A stretch of DNA of 38,829 nt from Conidiobolus incongruus B7586 (Eukaryota): positions 1 through 38,829 of the forward strand of contig JNEM01010205.1 of the NCBI GenBank assembly GCA_000697335.1, in the 5' to 3' direction. The translations under genes and the position numbers were made by a program. Positions 1 to 12,037 of the stretch are shown in pieces (the first letter of the stretch is position 1; each line of letters starts with the position of its first letter). The notes under the pieces were generated by a model that saw only the letters and a program-made list of their open reading frames with translations, searched no databases and was not told where the DNA came from.

Positions 1-361
1 GAACACCAGGAATATCACCAACGGCCTTACCGCGACGACCGAAACCAGAAATCAAAACTTCGTCGTTTTCATCGACATAGTTCAAACAACCATCGTTGGG
101 GACGAAAGCAGTGATCTTTTTACCATTCTTGATCAATTGAACACGAACACACTTACGAATAGCGGAGTTAGGTTGCTTGGATTCAACACCGATCTTTTCC
201 AAAACAATTCCCTTAGCGTGAGAAGAACCACCGAAGGGAGAAGATTTGAAAGCGGTACCTAAGGCACGCTTCTTATAAGCCTTATCAGCCCAACGTTGGT
301 CACGACGGTGAGTGCGCAATTTACGAGCGGCCTGAATTCCTCTTGGTTTTCCTTTACCCAT
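1..361 (-). CDS. RPS23: 40S ribosomal protein S23 (uS12), copy 1; 3' end runs off the window
   Basis: The reverse complement from ATG at 361 reads [35 protein letters not shown]...[15 protein letters not shown]...GDIPGV. It is nearly identical to 21031-21468. Absent from the ORF track because it has no stop in the window. Confidence 0.97.
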   Translation of the reverse strand, partial: MGKGKPRGIQAARKLRTHRRDQRWADKAYKKRALGTAFKSSPFGGSSHAKGIVLEKIGVESKQPNSAIRKCVRVQLIKNGKKITAFVPNDGCLNYVDENDEVLISGFGRRGKAVGDIPGV

Positions 362-464
362 TTTGTTGGATATTTAGTTTAATTAATTGATATAATAACC
401 AATTTAAAAAAGGGAGTGTTAGACAAAAATTTGGGATTTATCAAAAGGTTTAAATTAATATATT

Positions 465-478
465 CAGAATTGTGGGAT
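465..478 (-). promoter_or_regulatory. Candidate ribosomal-protein promoter element ATCCCACAATTCTG upstream of RPS23 copy 1
   Basis: The same 14-mer lies upstream of copy 2 (20864-20877) in the same orientation relative to the gene, while the flanks are otherwise not alignable by eye. Confidence 0.5.
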
Positions 479-713
479 TAAAATAATTTGGGAAATTTGA
501 AAATAGAATATGAAAATAAATAAAAAAAATATAAAAATTAGAAAAAAAGCATAAAATATTTTTGGAGAAAATTAAAAGAGTATGAAAAGAAAAAGAAAAA
601 GAAAAATAATGAATAATGAATAATAAATAATTAATAAAGTAAAAATAGAGAGATATTTCTAATCTTAACTTTTAATAAGAGCAATTTCGATAATCTTTTA
701 GTTCAAGTGATAT

Positions 714-720
714 GCTGCTT

Positions 721-763
<43 letters not shown>

Positions 764-786
764 GTGTTCAATCCACGGTGGTGGCA
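714..786 (+). tRNA. tRNA-Phe (GAA), intronless
   Basis: D arm GCTC/GAGC, anticodon arm TCAGA-CTGAAGA-TCTGA, T arm CCGTG-TTCAATC-CACGG, discriminator A, followed by a T-run. The acceptor stem is weak (see findings). Confidence 0.92.
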
Positions 787-992
787 TTTTACTATTTTTC
801 TTGGTATCAATATTTTTACTTTACATATTATAATTTTTTCAAAATCGTTTATTAATCAAAACAAATAATTTAGTTGATATAATTATAAAAATATTTCAAT
901 TAATTCAATCATTCTTCATATTTTAATTTGAAGAACCCTTGAATAATGAAAAATTATATATTTCCGGCTTTAAGCTCCAGATTTGATATTAA

Positions 993-2546
993 TTAAAAAG
1001 TTGAATAATTAGGGTTTTGGTTCATCTGAGGCGTCCACATTGGATAAGTTATTGATTCGGTTCCTGAAGCGACCAATAATTGTCCGCTGGGATTATTCTG
1101 AGGCTGGGAGTCAGCTGCACGATTTTGCATTGCAGGAAGTGGTTCGTACATCGAAAGCATAGTTTCCATCTGCTGACCTTGGAGTTGTTTCTGTTGTTGC
1201 TGAGCTGCTACCTGAGCTTTCTGCTGTTGAATCTGTTCGCGCTGTTGCTGCTGCTGGACTTGAAGCCCATTTTCGATAATTTGTTGATTTGTTTGAAGAT
1301 ATGCGTTATAGAGTGCAGATAGAGCGGATGTTGTAATAGTATTTGGATTAGGTTCATTGATTAATGTTGGAGACTGTGGTTGAGATGATGCTGGAGTAAA
1401 GGAAGGAACCGGCGCCAATGTTGGAAGGGGATTTGATGGTAAGGCTTGAATCAGAGGAGTGGACTGAGGTTGGGGCTCAGCTGTAGGAACACCGGGAGTT
1501 GATGCTGCAGACAACGATTGAGAGCCTGATTGAGCATCATCTACAGCAAAAACACTGCTCCATTCAACTTCTTCTGATCCCATCATTGGAGGTATCATAG
1601 GAATGAAAGTTGGACCCTGAGGAGTGTTTTGAATGATAACTATTACTGGTTCCGAGGTGCTTTTAGTAGATTCGCTTTGGCCACCAATTCTATCGTCTTT
1701 ATCATCATCATCTTCTTCTTCAACCTGGTTTTCATGTGGATTTCTACTAGGCCTTGGACGCATATTAGCAGAATGTAATGGGAAGTGAGAAGCCACGGCC
1801 ATTGGGTGATGAATATGTGCACTAGGTTTAGGCAAATCTTGTGTAACTACAACAGTTTTAGTAACAACATATACTGGGCACTTTTCTGAATAAATTCCAA
1901 CGGGAATCATATTTATATCGTTATCCCATTCGATATCTTCATCTTGGGTAATCAATCCAGAAGCAGGATGACTGAAAGGTAGTGCGGTAGGTCCAGGCAT
2001 TGCAGGATGGATATTCACTCTAGGTGCATACGAAGTTGGAACTGGATAGTCATAAGGTTTGGAGTATTCAGGGTAGTCAAAATTGATATGCTTGTGTGCG
2101 CTGCCTCTGACTTCTTGAACTTCATCTTCAGGCTCAACTAATAAGATATTAGGGGCATTATGGGGTCTTGATGACATTGAATTTGAGTTGATACTAAATT
2201 CCGATTCAGAATCTAGAGGAATTTCAGAATCTAAAGATTCCAGATCACTATCCAGTGTTTCAACAGAAATCAACCTTGGGGAATGGTCTATATCTCCAGT
2301 GACCAAATGATAAGTTTCTAACTCATAATCCGATTCTTTGGGGAATGGATAATTTGATTCAGAGGAGCGTGCACGAGGTCTCGAATCCTCAGATTGTTCT
2401 GAGGAAGCTTTCAACGAACTTAATTTTGGTCTTTCTTGGTGAGGATCTAGTTCTACCATTGAGGTACTTCTCATATCACTATCAATAATCATCACTCCAA
2501 ATAGTGAGTTTATCAGGCTCAATCGAATAAGTTGATTAATTATCAT
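993..2546 (-). CDS. Hypothetical low-complexity protein (acidic, Ser/Pro-rich, Gln-rich tract), possibly secreted
   Basis: 517-aa ORF with GC clearly above the flanks and a weakly hydrophobic N-terminus. No domain recognised. Confidence 0.75.
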   Translation of the reverse strand: MIINQLIRLSLINSLFGVMIIDSDMRSTSMVELDPHQERPKLSSLKASSEQSEDSRPRARSSESNYPFPKESDYELETYHLVTGDIDHSPRLISVETLDSDLESLDSEIPLDSESEFSINSNSMSSRPHNAPNILLVEPEDEVQEVRGSAHKHINFDYPEYSKPYDYPVPTSYAPRVNIHPAMPGPTALPFSHPASGLITQDEDIEWDNDINMIPVGIYSEKCPVYVVTKTVVVTQDLPKPSAHIHHPMAVASHFPLHSANMRPRPSRNPHENQVEEEDDDDKDDRIGGQSESTKSTSEPVIVIIQNTPQGPTFIPMIPPMMGSEEVEWSSVFAVDDAQSGSQSLSAASTPGVPTAEPQPQSTPLIQALPSNPLPTLAPVPSFTPASSQPQSPTLINEPNPNTITTSALSALYNAYLQTNQQIIENGLQVQQQQQREQIQQQKAQVAAQQQQKQLQGQQMETMLSMYEPLPAMQNRAADSQPQNNPSGQLLVASGTESITYPMWTPQMNQNPNYSTF

Positions 2547-4562
2547 GATTCAAAAATAAATTAATAGAATAGATGGGGAATTAAATTATCAACAATGAAG
2601 TAACTAAAGAGTCAGTTTATATACAAGTTAGCCATATTAACAACAGTATCAAATCATGTAAGAAGAAATTTACTTGACATATGCAACGTTACTACTAGAT
2701 CTTTTATAAACTTTGAAACGATTAACATCAAATTTAAAACGTTACCAAATCTCTAAATCAAATTCAAGTCATCAACAACTGAAACTCAAGGTTACTGCTT
2801 TTTCAGTGATTTTAATTTGATTCAAATTAAGCTTACTCCAATTACCCTTAATATGGTAACTCTAAGCTCAAATTTATGGTTAATTCTAATTCGAAACTGA
2901 TTTTCTGATACACCCAAGAAAAATATTCCTAATAATGATTCATAAAATGCTGTGTAAAATTATCAAAACAAACATTTATTGATATATTATTATAAATTTT
3001 AATAGTATTTGAGTATTAAATATTTTTATGATTTTATTTAATCATTAATATTTAGAGGTAGACTTAAATGTTTCAAATCAAATAGTACTTTTGACTAATA
3101 TTCATTATAGTTAATCAGAATAAAATTAATTAGATTTTTACTAATTAATTACTATCACTGTCATATATCATAAGTGTTTTGAGCCCGTTGAATTAAATTA
3201 ACTAATTATATAAGTAATAATGTATACAAAATACTATGTATCTCAAAACAAGTTTTTGATACGATTATATTTTAATAGAGAAATTATTTTAAAAACTTTT
3301 AGAATTTGAATAAATAATTTTGCTTAAAAATTATCAAAATAATTAAAATTTGGAAATATATATGTATATTAATTAAATTTTCAATTTTAATATTGAATAG
3401 TAAATATGGAAATCTGAATAATTAACTCCAATGTTATTAAATAATTCCTTTACAAGATAATTACTTTATTATTATACTACCTTTGAATGAAGAGATCATT
3501 AATTGAAAATTGTATATTACTAATATCATTAATATAATTGATAATGATGTTGATTTGTTAATATATCAATTGACTTTTATTTTAATAGAAATCTATCAAA
3601 AGGAAAATTATGTTTTGATGCTTATATGCATCACCTATATTAATTTGTATTACATATATGATCTTTATACGTGTTGATTAATAGAATTAGTATCTACTGA
3701 ATTGAAAATATTACTCTATAATTTATTTTACTATTAATGTTTTAATTGTATCAAATCAAAATTTTAGCCAATCAATGTTAATATTTGCTATTATAAAGTT
3801 AATAATGTGCTTTTCGCAAAATTTATATCTAGAATAATCCATTAGTCATTTAGTGGATAAACATTAAATAGTTAAATTTTTTAAACTATAAATTATAATA
3901 TCTTTTTCCATTCATAGCTAATGCTTATTGAAGGATGAATCTGATTTTTAGAAAATTAATAATACAAGTTTATATTGTTACGATATTAACATAAAAATAA
4001 ATTGAGTGTTATAAAGTAAACGCAATAGGAATAATTGATTTTTTTATTTATTCTTCAGACTAAAATTTGTTGAAAGTATCAAAATATGATGATTATTGAA
4101 AAATAGCAATATAATATTTTTTCAAATAAACAAAACTCTTATTGATAATTTATTCAAATTTTGAAATTAAATATCTAAAAATAAAATTGGACTAATTATA
4201 GAAAGCGTAAATATTAGTATTATTGATCTAGTGTATAGATAAAATTTTAAATGGTATATAAGTATTAATCAATTTATAGTAGATTTTTTATATATTCAAT
4301 TTAGTTTACAAAATTTGATAGAATTTTCATATTTTTTGAAATGGCAGACAATATTTTAATTGATATTGAACTACTATCCTTATATAGAGTCATTATAGTG
4401 TTATAAATGTAAATTATCTTAAATAATCATAAAATATTGAAATACGCTTTTAGATGTGACTGCTTGTTGAATGTGATCATCCAAAACCCACAATTAAATA
4501 TTTAATAAATTTAAATTTATAGTCACATTTAACAAACACCAAATGTACATAATAAATTTAAA

Positions 4563-5795
4563 ATGTCAAAGAATGCAAATCAACATCCATTATTTATTCC
4601 TAATGTTATTAATACAATCGCCGATTACTTACCCTATTCTGATATTAAACAATTTCGATTAATTTGTAAATTTTGGAATTTTACACTTGTTCAGCTGATA
4701 AGCAGAAATATTCGATTTAATTTAAAACCCAATATTTCTTATATAACCGAAGGCAAGTTACTAACTTTAAAGTCGCTCAGTTTAAACTTTGTAGAAGATT
4801 TGAGAGGTTTAGCATCCGGCATTCAAAGTTTAAAAGGCGAAATTTGGGTGAGTAAAACTATTTTCTTCAAGCTAAACAGTTATTATTCTCAGTTAGTACA
4901 TTTGGATTTATCTCCTCCTTTAAATTGCATGGAAGAGCTTCACACCTGTTTGTCCATGCTGGAGCGTTTAAAATCATTGACTATACGACACAATTACCTT
5001 ACTCAGAGCTTGAAAACTAGCGAATGTAAATATTATAACTTGCCTCCTAAAATATCACAAATTGTGATCGAATATTCTTCTTGCAGCTTTCTATCATATT
5101 TTCCCAACCTTTCTAATTGCTCAAATCTTGAAGCATTTAGTTTAATGATCCATTGTACTATCCAAAACAAGCTTGAACTTCCTTTTAAGCAACTAAATTC
5201 AGTCAAAGCATTTACAACTAACCAAATTGCACATAAATTATCGAACCAGTTAAGCTTATTATTTCCAAGTCTTGAATTTCTGAAAATCATAGGCAAATGT
5301 CCATCTGAGCAAATTCTTGATAAATTAACCCAAAACCATACCAAGCTCAGTCAATTTCATTACGATTCTCACCTTAGTTTCAACTCCTGCATTCTAGCCA
5401 TCAGCAAGTTCAAAGAGCTGTCAGAATTAAAATTAAACTGCAAACTGCAATTTAATCAACTCCAATCGATAGCTTTATATTGCCACCGCTTAAAAAAATT
5501 TCAATTCACAATTATTGACTTCTCTAATCCAGTTTGTCAATTATTCGAGCACGAGTTCATGAGTTTAGAGTATTTAGATATATCCAACTGTGAATTTAAA
5601 TGGAATTTGAATAATCGCTGGAAATGTTATAATACAATTAAGATAATCAAATTGAAAGAATTAGTTGATCTAAAATTGATCTTTTGGTTCTTACATTTAT
5701 CTTATTTATATATTGATAAAGTTAAAATAAGTCAAGTACATGCTATAAGATCGAAATTAAATTATTTAAAATTTTATTATAAAAAATTAATTTAA
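4563..5795 (+). CDS. F-box / leucine-rich-repeat (RNI-like) protein
   Basis: N-terminal F-box-like segment PLFIPNVINTIADYLPYSDIKQFRLICKFWN, followed by LxxLxL repeats (LVHLDL, LKSLTI, LEFLKI, LSELKL, LEYLDI). Intronless, 410 aa. Confidence 0.75.
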   Translation: MSKNANQHPLFIPNVINTIADYLPYSDIKQFRLICKFWNFTLVQLISRNIRFNLKPNISYITEGKLLTLKSLSLNFVEDLRGLASGIQSLKGEIWVSKTIFFKLNSYYSQLVHLDLSPPLNCMEELHTCLSMLERLKSLTIRHNYLTQSLKTSECKYYNLPPKISQIVIEYSSCSFLSYFPNLSNCSNLEAFSLMIHCTIQNKLELPFKQLNSVKAFTTNQIAHKLSNQLSLLFPSLEFLKIIGKCPSEQILDKLTQNHTKLSQFHYDSHLSFNSCILAISKFKELSELKLNCKLQFNQLQSIALYCHRLKKFQFTIIDFSNPVCQLFEHEFMSLEYLDISNCEFKWNLNNRWKCYNTIKIIKLKELVDLKLIFWFLHLSYLYIDKVKISQVHAIRSKLNYLKFYYKKLI

Positions 5796-7497
5796 TAAAT
5801 AGCATTTATATATCCAATTATAAATTAAATTAATATCATATTCATTATTGTATTTACTTTTTTATACATTTAATTGAAATTAATATCAAATTATATTAAA
5901 AAATCTTGAGATAGTTTTTTATTATATTTGAGTAGATAAAAAATTCTAATTTCTATTTTATTAGATTAATGTTAATCTTTTTTAATTTGATAGTTACTTT
6001 TGATATGATTATAATAAATTAATGAGAACTTGACAAAAAGAATTAACTAATTATGTTATCTTCATTGGTCAATTCTTCGTAAACATAGAGATATATTAGT
6101 TTAGAGTATCAGTTTTTTTCAATATGTTTTGTAAATAATGCTATTTTATCGATGGTTTTGACAATATTCAACTGAATTTTGAATATTCTCTTAATCTGCC
6201 TATATATTAACCTTAATTAGAATAAAAATTGTATTTTTAACAAATCGAAATCTTTCAATATTTTTCTTTATCATATGCTTACTCCTCAAGCCACTTAATT
6301 TTAATATATTCAAATGAATTTATATTAGAATGAATATGAAAAGAATATATTGGATAAATTGGTTTTTTAGAATTCAGTTTTGTTATAGATATTTTGTAAA
6401 ACCAAATATTTTTTGTTAATTCATATTTTTTATATTAAAACCTTCAATAATGGTTATTTAAACATTATATAGGTATTCATTTTAATTATCGCTCTATTAT
6501 ACTCTCTATTGTCAATATTTTAACCCATTTTTTGTCAAATCAAGTCATTTCAATTGAGATAATGATGAATTTAAAATCTAATAAAAATTTGTAACATGTC
6601 ATTTAAAAATTTGATTAATTCGAAAATTAGTTTATCTGAATATCAATCAAATAACTAAAATTTATCTTACAAATAAAATCATATTAAACAAGTTTGTGTT
6701 ATGACAATCTGATGATATAATATCTGAATGATCAATCATTTGAATTGCTAAAATTTAGTGTAGGAATATAATATCATCATTTTATACTTTTTTACTGTTT
6801 TTTATAAATTTGATTCATATGTAAGAAATCCATGATAGCTGAATATTTTAGTATTTAAAATATTTATTATATTATCTAATAAATAAAAATAACAATTGAT
6901 TATTTTATCTATTTAATCTTATATCAATTATTAAATCTATAATTAATTCAGCAATTTTTTATCTACTGATCCATAATATTGAATCAAATAAATAATTTTA
7001 TTGTAAAATAATTACAAATTCTAAATTTAATTTATAAAAAGTAGCTAATATAAATATATCAATGTTAAAAATTAAATATTAAATTTAATTAATTGTATAT
7101 AGTATAATATATTTTAAAATATTAATTCCTTTAAATATAAGTATTTATCAAAGACTAAATGAATTAAAATTTTTAAAATAGTAATTAATTTATTCTCATT
7201 CAATTTGAACAAAAATTGATATTAATTCAAACAGATAAGATTGAATTGAGAGAAATGACTTGAAAATGTCCTCATAGTGTTGTGATCTGATTAATGATTG
7301 GGATAATTAAGGACGTTAATGGAATATTAGTTGCTGAAAATAAATCAAGTGGGAATGGTGGGATGGATTTAGATATAAAAGGGGTAACTCAATTGAACGA
7401 ATTTTAAAAACAGTCGTTTTTCAAATATTAAATCCACTTTGCATTCTTAATAAATTATCTAATTACTCTCTTTGAGTAACTTTTGCTTTGTTCAAAT

Positions 7498-10400
7498 ATG
7501 GTGAATGCTAATTATTACAGGAGATCCAGTGGAAGGATCAATAAAGAGCGGTTGGATTATTATTACAGAGCTATCAATACTATTATTTTATCAAGACAAA
7601 ACCCCAGTTCTGGTCTCATTCCTGCATCTGTGGCTGTTACTACTCATGGTGATTACCGTGATGCTTGGGTTAGGTATGTATTAATTTTTAATATTTTTTA
7701 TATTATTCTTACAGCTTCATAGAGATAACGTGTATTCTATTCTTGCCGTGTGGGGTTTAGCTTTAGCGTATCGTCGCATCGATGATGATGATGGAAGAGC
7801 TTGTAATATAATTAATTATTCAACTTGATTTATAATAATAATAATATTATTATTATTTTCTTTATAGATGAATTAGAGCATTCAGTTGTTAAATTAATGA
7901 GAGGCTTATTATTTGCTATGATGAGACAGGCTCATAAAGTTGAAAAATTTAAATATTCTCAATCTCCTATGGATTCTTTACATGCTAAATATAATACTAA
8001 TACTGGTGATACTGTAGTGGGCGATTCGGAGTGGGGTCATTTACAAGTTGATGCAACTAGTATATTTTTACTTATGTTGGCTCAAATGACTGCTTGCGGG
8101 ATGCATATTATTTATACTTTGGATGAAGTTGATTTCATTCAAAATTTAGTATTCTATATTGAAAGAGCTTACAGGTAGGATAATATATTTCTTTTCAGTT
8201 GATATTTTTCTAATTTTATTAGAACTCCTGATTATGGTATTTGGGAAAGAGGAAATAAAATTAACCATGGTCAACCTGAATTAAATAATTCATCTCTTGG
8301 TATGGCCGTAGCAGCACTTCAAGCAATTGATGGTGTTAACCTCTTTGGTTCTAGAGGAGGCCCATCTTCAGTAAGTAAATATAAGTATATTCTTTTAATT
8401 TATATTAATTTTATTCTAGTCTATTCACGTACTTCCTGATGAAATTACCCGTAATCATAATACTTTACACAACTCTCTTCCTCGTGAATCCCATTCAAAA
8501 GAAATTGATGCTGCTCTTCTCTCCATTATTGGGTTCCCTGCTTTTGCTGTAAATGATCCTGAATTATTAGAACGTACTCGAAATGACATCATCACCAAAT
8601 TAGGCGGAAAGTACGGTTGTAAAAGATTTTTAAGGGATGGTCATCAAACTGTTGTTGAAGATACTTCACGATTACATTATGATCCTAATGAATTGAAAAT
8701 TTTTGAAAACATTGAGTGTGAATGGCCTTTATTCTTCACATATCTAATTTTAGATGGTCTCTTCAATAATGATGAAGAAATGGTAGAAACTTACTCCGAT
8801 CTTTTGGAGCCACTGTTGATTGATTCTACTACTGTAGGGGGATTAAATGAGATCAGTGACTCAGCTGATTATTCTTTCGAACGCTCTGCAGCCAACTCAA
8901 GAGCCACGTCCATGTCACCTCGTCGTCCAGATGATCGCTTTTATCTTGTACCTGAACTGTATTATGTTCCTCAAGATAAGATTGAAGCTGAAAGAAAGAA
9001 CCCCAATTCTCAAATTCGTCTTCCCAATGACAATATTCCTTTAGTTTGGGCCAACTCTTTATATTTCCTTAGCTGTTTAATTCGCGAAAATCTTTTAGAA
9101 ATTTCTCAGATTGATCCTTTGGGTAGAAGATTTAACCCAAGACATTCTATCAGTGAAAATACCATTGTTCAAGTTGTATTATTATCAGAAAACACCAAGC
9201 TGCAGCAATACCTTGCAACCCTGGGTTTAGAGACCCAAACTGTAGATCAAATTCAACCCATTACCATTTGTCATCCCTCAGCTCTTAGAGAAGTCTATAC
9301 TCATTTGGGAGCCAACTCTAAGCTTGGTTTGTCTGGCAGACCTCCTCGCCCTATAGGTACTATGGGAACATGTCGCCTTTATCGAGCTCAAGGAAACATG
9401 TATGCTTTTACACCTCACTTTATGGATATGGAGCATTTCTATCTTTCTAGTGACAATAACTACTTGATTTCTGTTTTTGAACAAGAACTACAATTTGTTC
9501 AGAATAATTGGTTCTATAGTGGTCGTCCTACTATGACCGTAATGTTGACTGAAAGCATGATCATTCCTAATGGTCACGATAGCAACAATAATAACTGGCA
9601 CTTTGGTACCAATGAAGCTCAGGCTTTATTAGAATTTATGATGAAATTGAAGACAGGTTACGTCAATGGTATTAGAGTTAGATTAGGGTACATTAACGAA
9701 ATGGTGAATACCAGTTGCATTACTAGCTTAGATTTCCTTGCTTCTAAAGTAGATGTTGACTGGGTTGGTATCCTTCGTAATACTAAGTCTCACAGAAAGG
9801 GCACTCGTTTGAGACCAACCTCTGACAAGAGTTTACGTCGTAGTTCTTCAGGCTTTTTTGTCGGTACTGGTCTTAAAACTCCTATTGCTCGTACTGAAAG
9901 CCAAGATTATTTTGGAGTGTTTTCTAGAGACAACAAGCTCCAAGATCACTTTAATAGCCAAAATTCTGATATTTCTGAAGAGCAATCTGACGATTCATCT
10001 AATGAGGAATCTAAAATGCTCAATTTATCCTTAGGCGACCCATCTCAGGTACCCCAAGCTATCTCAGCTCTCTCCACTTCTAAAAACTTATTCGATCAAG
10101 TCGACTTAGTCCACTATCTATATTCATGTCATGGATTGAACTATTATATCGATCCGTTATCAGCCACTGTTGATGCTTTATTAGAAGAAATCTATACTAA
10201 GGCAACCAATTTGAAATTATGGTCGGTGGTTAGACAAGCTGCTGGCTTACTGCAAAAAATGACCAATTCTCTTACCATTAACTTGACAGATCTTGTCATT
10301 CGTCAAAAGATGGTTACTGTTGGAGAAGGTGAAGCTGAGCAAGTTTTACGCACAGGTTTGGGACCTGAAGGTCTAAAGAATCTTATTTACTCTGCATGTA

Positions 10401-12037
10401 ATAATGACGTCATGGAAGGTCCCATGGTTCAAGAAATCTTGACTTTCTTAGGTAGCTTCATTAGAGCAGATCCGGCAATCTTTAAAGGAATTATGCGCCT
10501 TCGTACTCATTCTATCCTTATTGCCATGAGAGAAGAAATTTCAAGAATTCAAAATTGTGATGAAGAAGAGGCTATTGAACATCTTACCCAATTAAGTCCA
10601 TTCGAGCTCAAAACATTGCTATTTACTATTTTAAGTGGTCCTACTCTCAGTGCAAGTAATAGTAAGGCTGTTGTTCAAGATCATTCCCATCAGAATAATC
10701 CCCAAAAGGCTCGCGACAGATGGCACAATGTCAGTTGCCACACTGGTCAACACGATGGCAAAATCATCCTTGCAGCTCGCTCTGCTGGATTCAAAGCTGG
10801 TAATTATGCTCATCTGGAAATTAACTCTGAGAAAGTGCCTATTACTAAACGTGGTTTGAATTTGGTTATTATCAATCCAACGGAAGGAATTATTGTTGAC
10901 ACTGCTAATTTTGATACCCATGCTTCAATTCACGAATCTGAAGAATTAGCTGAACTGATTGGTACTTTGAAACATGGTATTGTAGTTATGGGTGCAGTAA
11001 AGGATGACTGCTCAGAAAATTTAACTGCTGAGGCCAAGAAGGCACTCCGCTCTTTGGGATGCAGCAAAGCAGATACTATCGGATATAGAGATTCATGGTG
11101 TTTCATTGGAATGAAAGGTGCAACTATTGGATCGATTCCTGAAGTTCATCGCAATGCTTTAGAGGGTCCTACTGATGTCCTTCACCATGTTATTAATCCA
11201 AGCAAGCATCAAGAGCAGATTCGTAGACTTACTCCATCTAATCCCTTGAACTGTTTGCAGGGACCTTCTTCAGGTAGATGGTTGCGCCGTCGTAAAAACG
11301 ATGGTGCTTTCAATCGTGTTCCATCCAACTTCTTCCCTAAGGTGTGGTGGGTACTTTATCATTCTCATGGGCTTAAACTTGGTCACAGTACTCTTCCACG
11401 CGATCCTACTATTTCTGAAAAAACACCTGACGAATTTAATTTTGCTGCAATGGTTGAGTTATTCCTCGGTAGTTATCAAGATCCTGCTGAACGTGAAATT
11501 GCCATCGAGTGTCTCTCAGTCATTTCTTATATTCAAGATAATTATCCTGACCTTAAAGTAGTCGATGGAGTTGTTGATCTTACCGCTATTATTTGTAACG
11601 CTTTGAGGATTTTCTGGAATGAATGGGTAGAATCAAACAAGAAAGATTTGAAGCTCGCTGCTCCCGCACTTATCAAACAATCTTCATATTCTGCTGAAGA
11701 CAAAGACGAAAGCCCATCCCGAAGCCAAGTGAGCACCGTGTCATCAGGACTTGTAATTCGAGATGCTGAAGCTACCAACACAAATGGCCAGCAGAACTCC
11801 GATCTTGTTGAATCTTCCAATTCCGAAGAGATTCATTCTCCTGCCATCCCCATCCTTACCCCTCTTGTCAAAGGTGATTACAGCTTCGATGCTAATATGA
11901 GTTTTGCTCGTAGATTATTCTATGATTTACCTTATTTGGAAAAGAAGGGTACTTCTTATTATCTTGCAATCAGTGCTCTTAAAGACAAAAAATACCCTGA
12001 AGCATTAATTGATGGCCTTACTGCCCAAGAAGATTAA
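7498..12037 (+). CDS. Phosphorylase kinase alpha/beta regulatory subunit-like protein (GH15-like) with an inserted ILEI/GG domain; 5 exons
   Basis: Exons 7498-7673, 7723-7802, 7868-8174, 8223-8370 and 8420-12037 join in frame across GT-AG introns. Family motifs: [84 protein letters not shown]. Confidence 0.93.

Noticed and set aside
8847..11820. Short overlapping ORFs within the PhK-like gene
   Set aside because: Alternate-frame or antisense ORFs inside a well-supported CDS.
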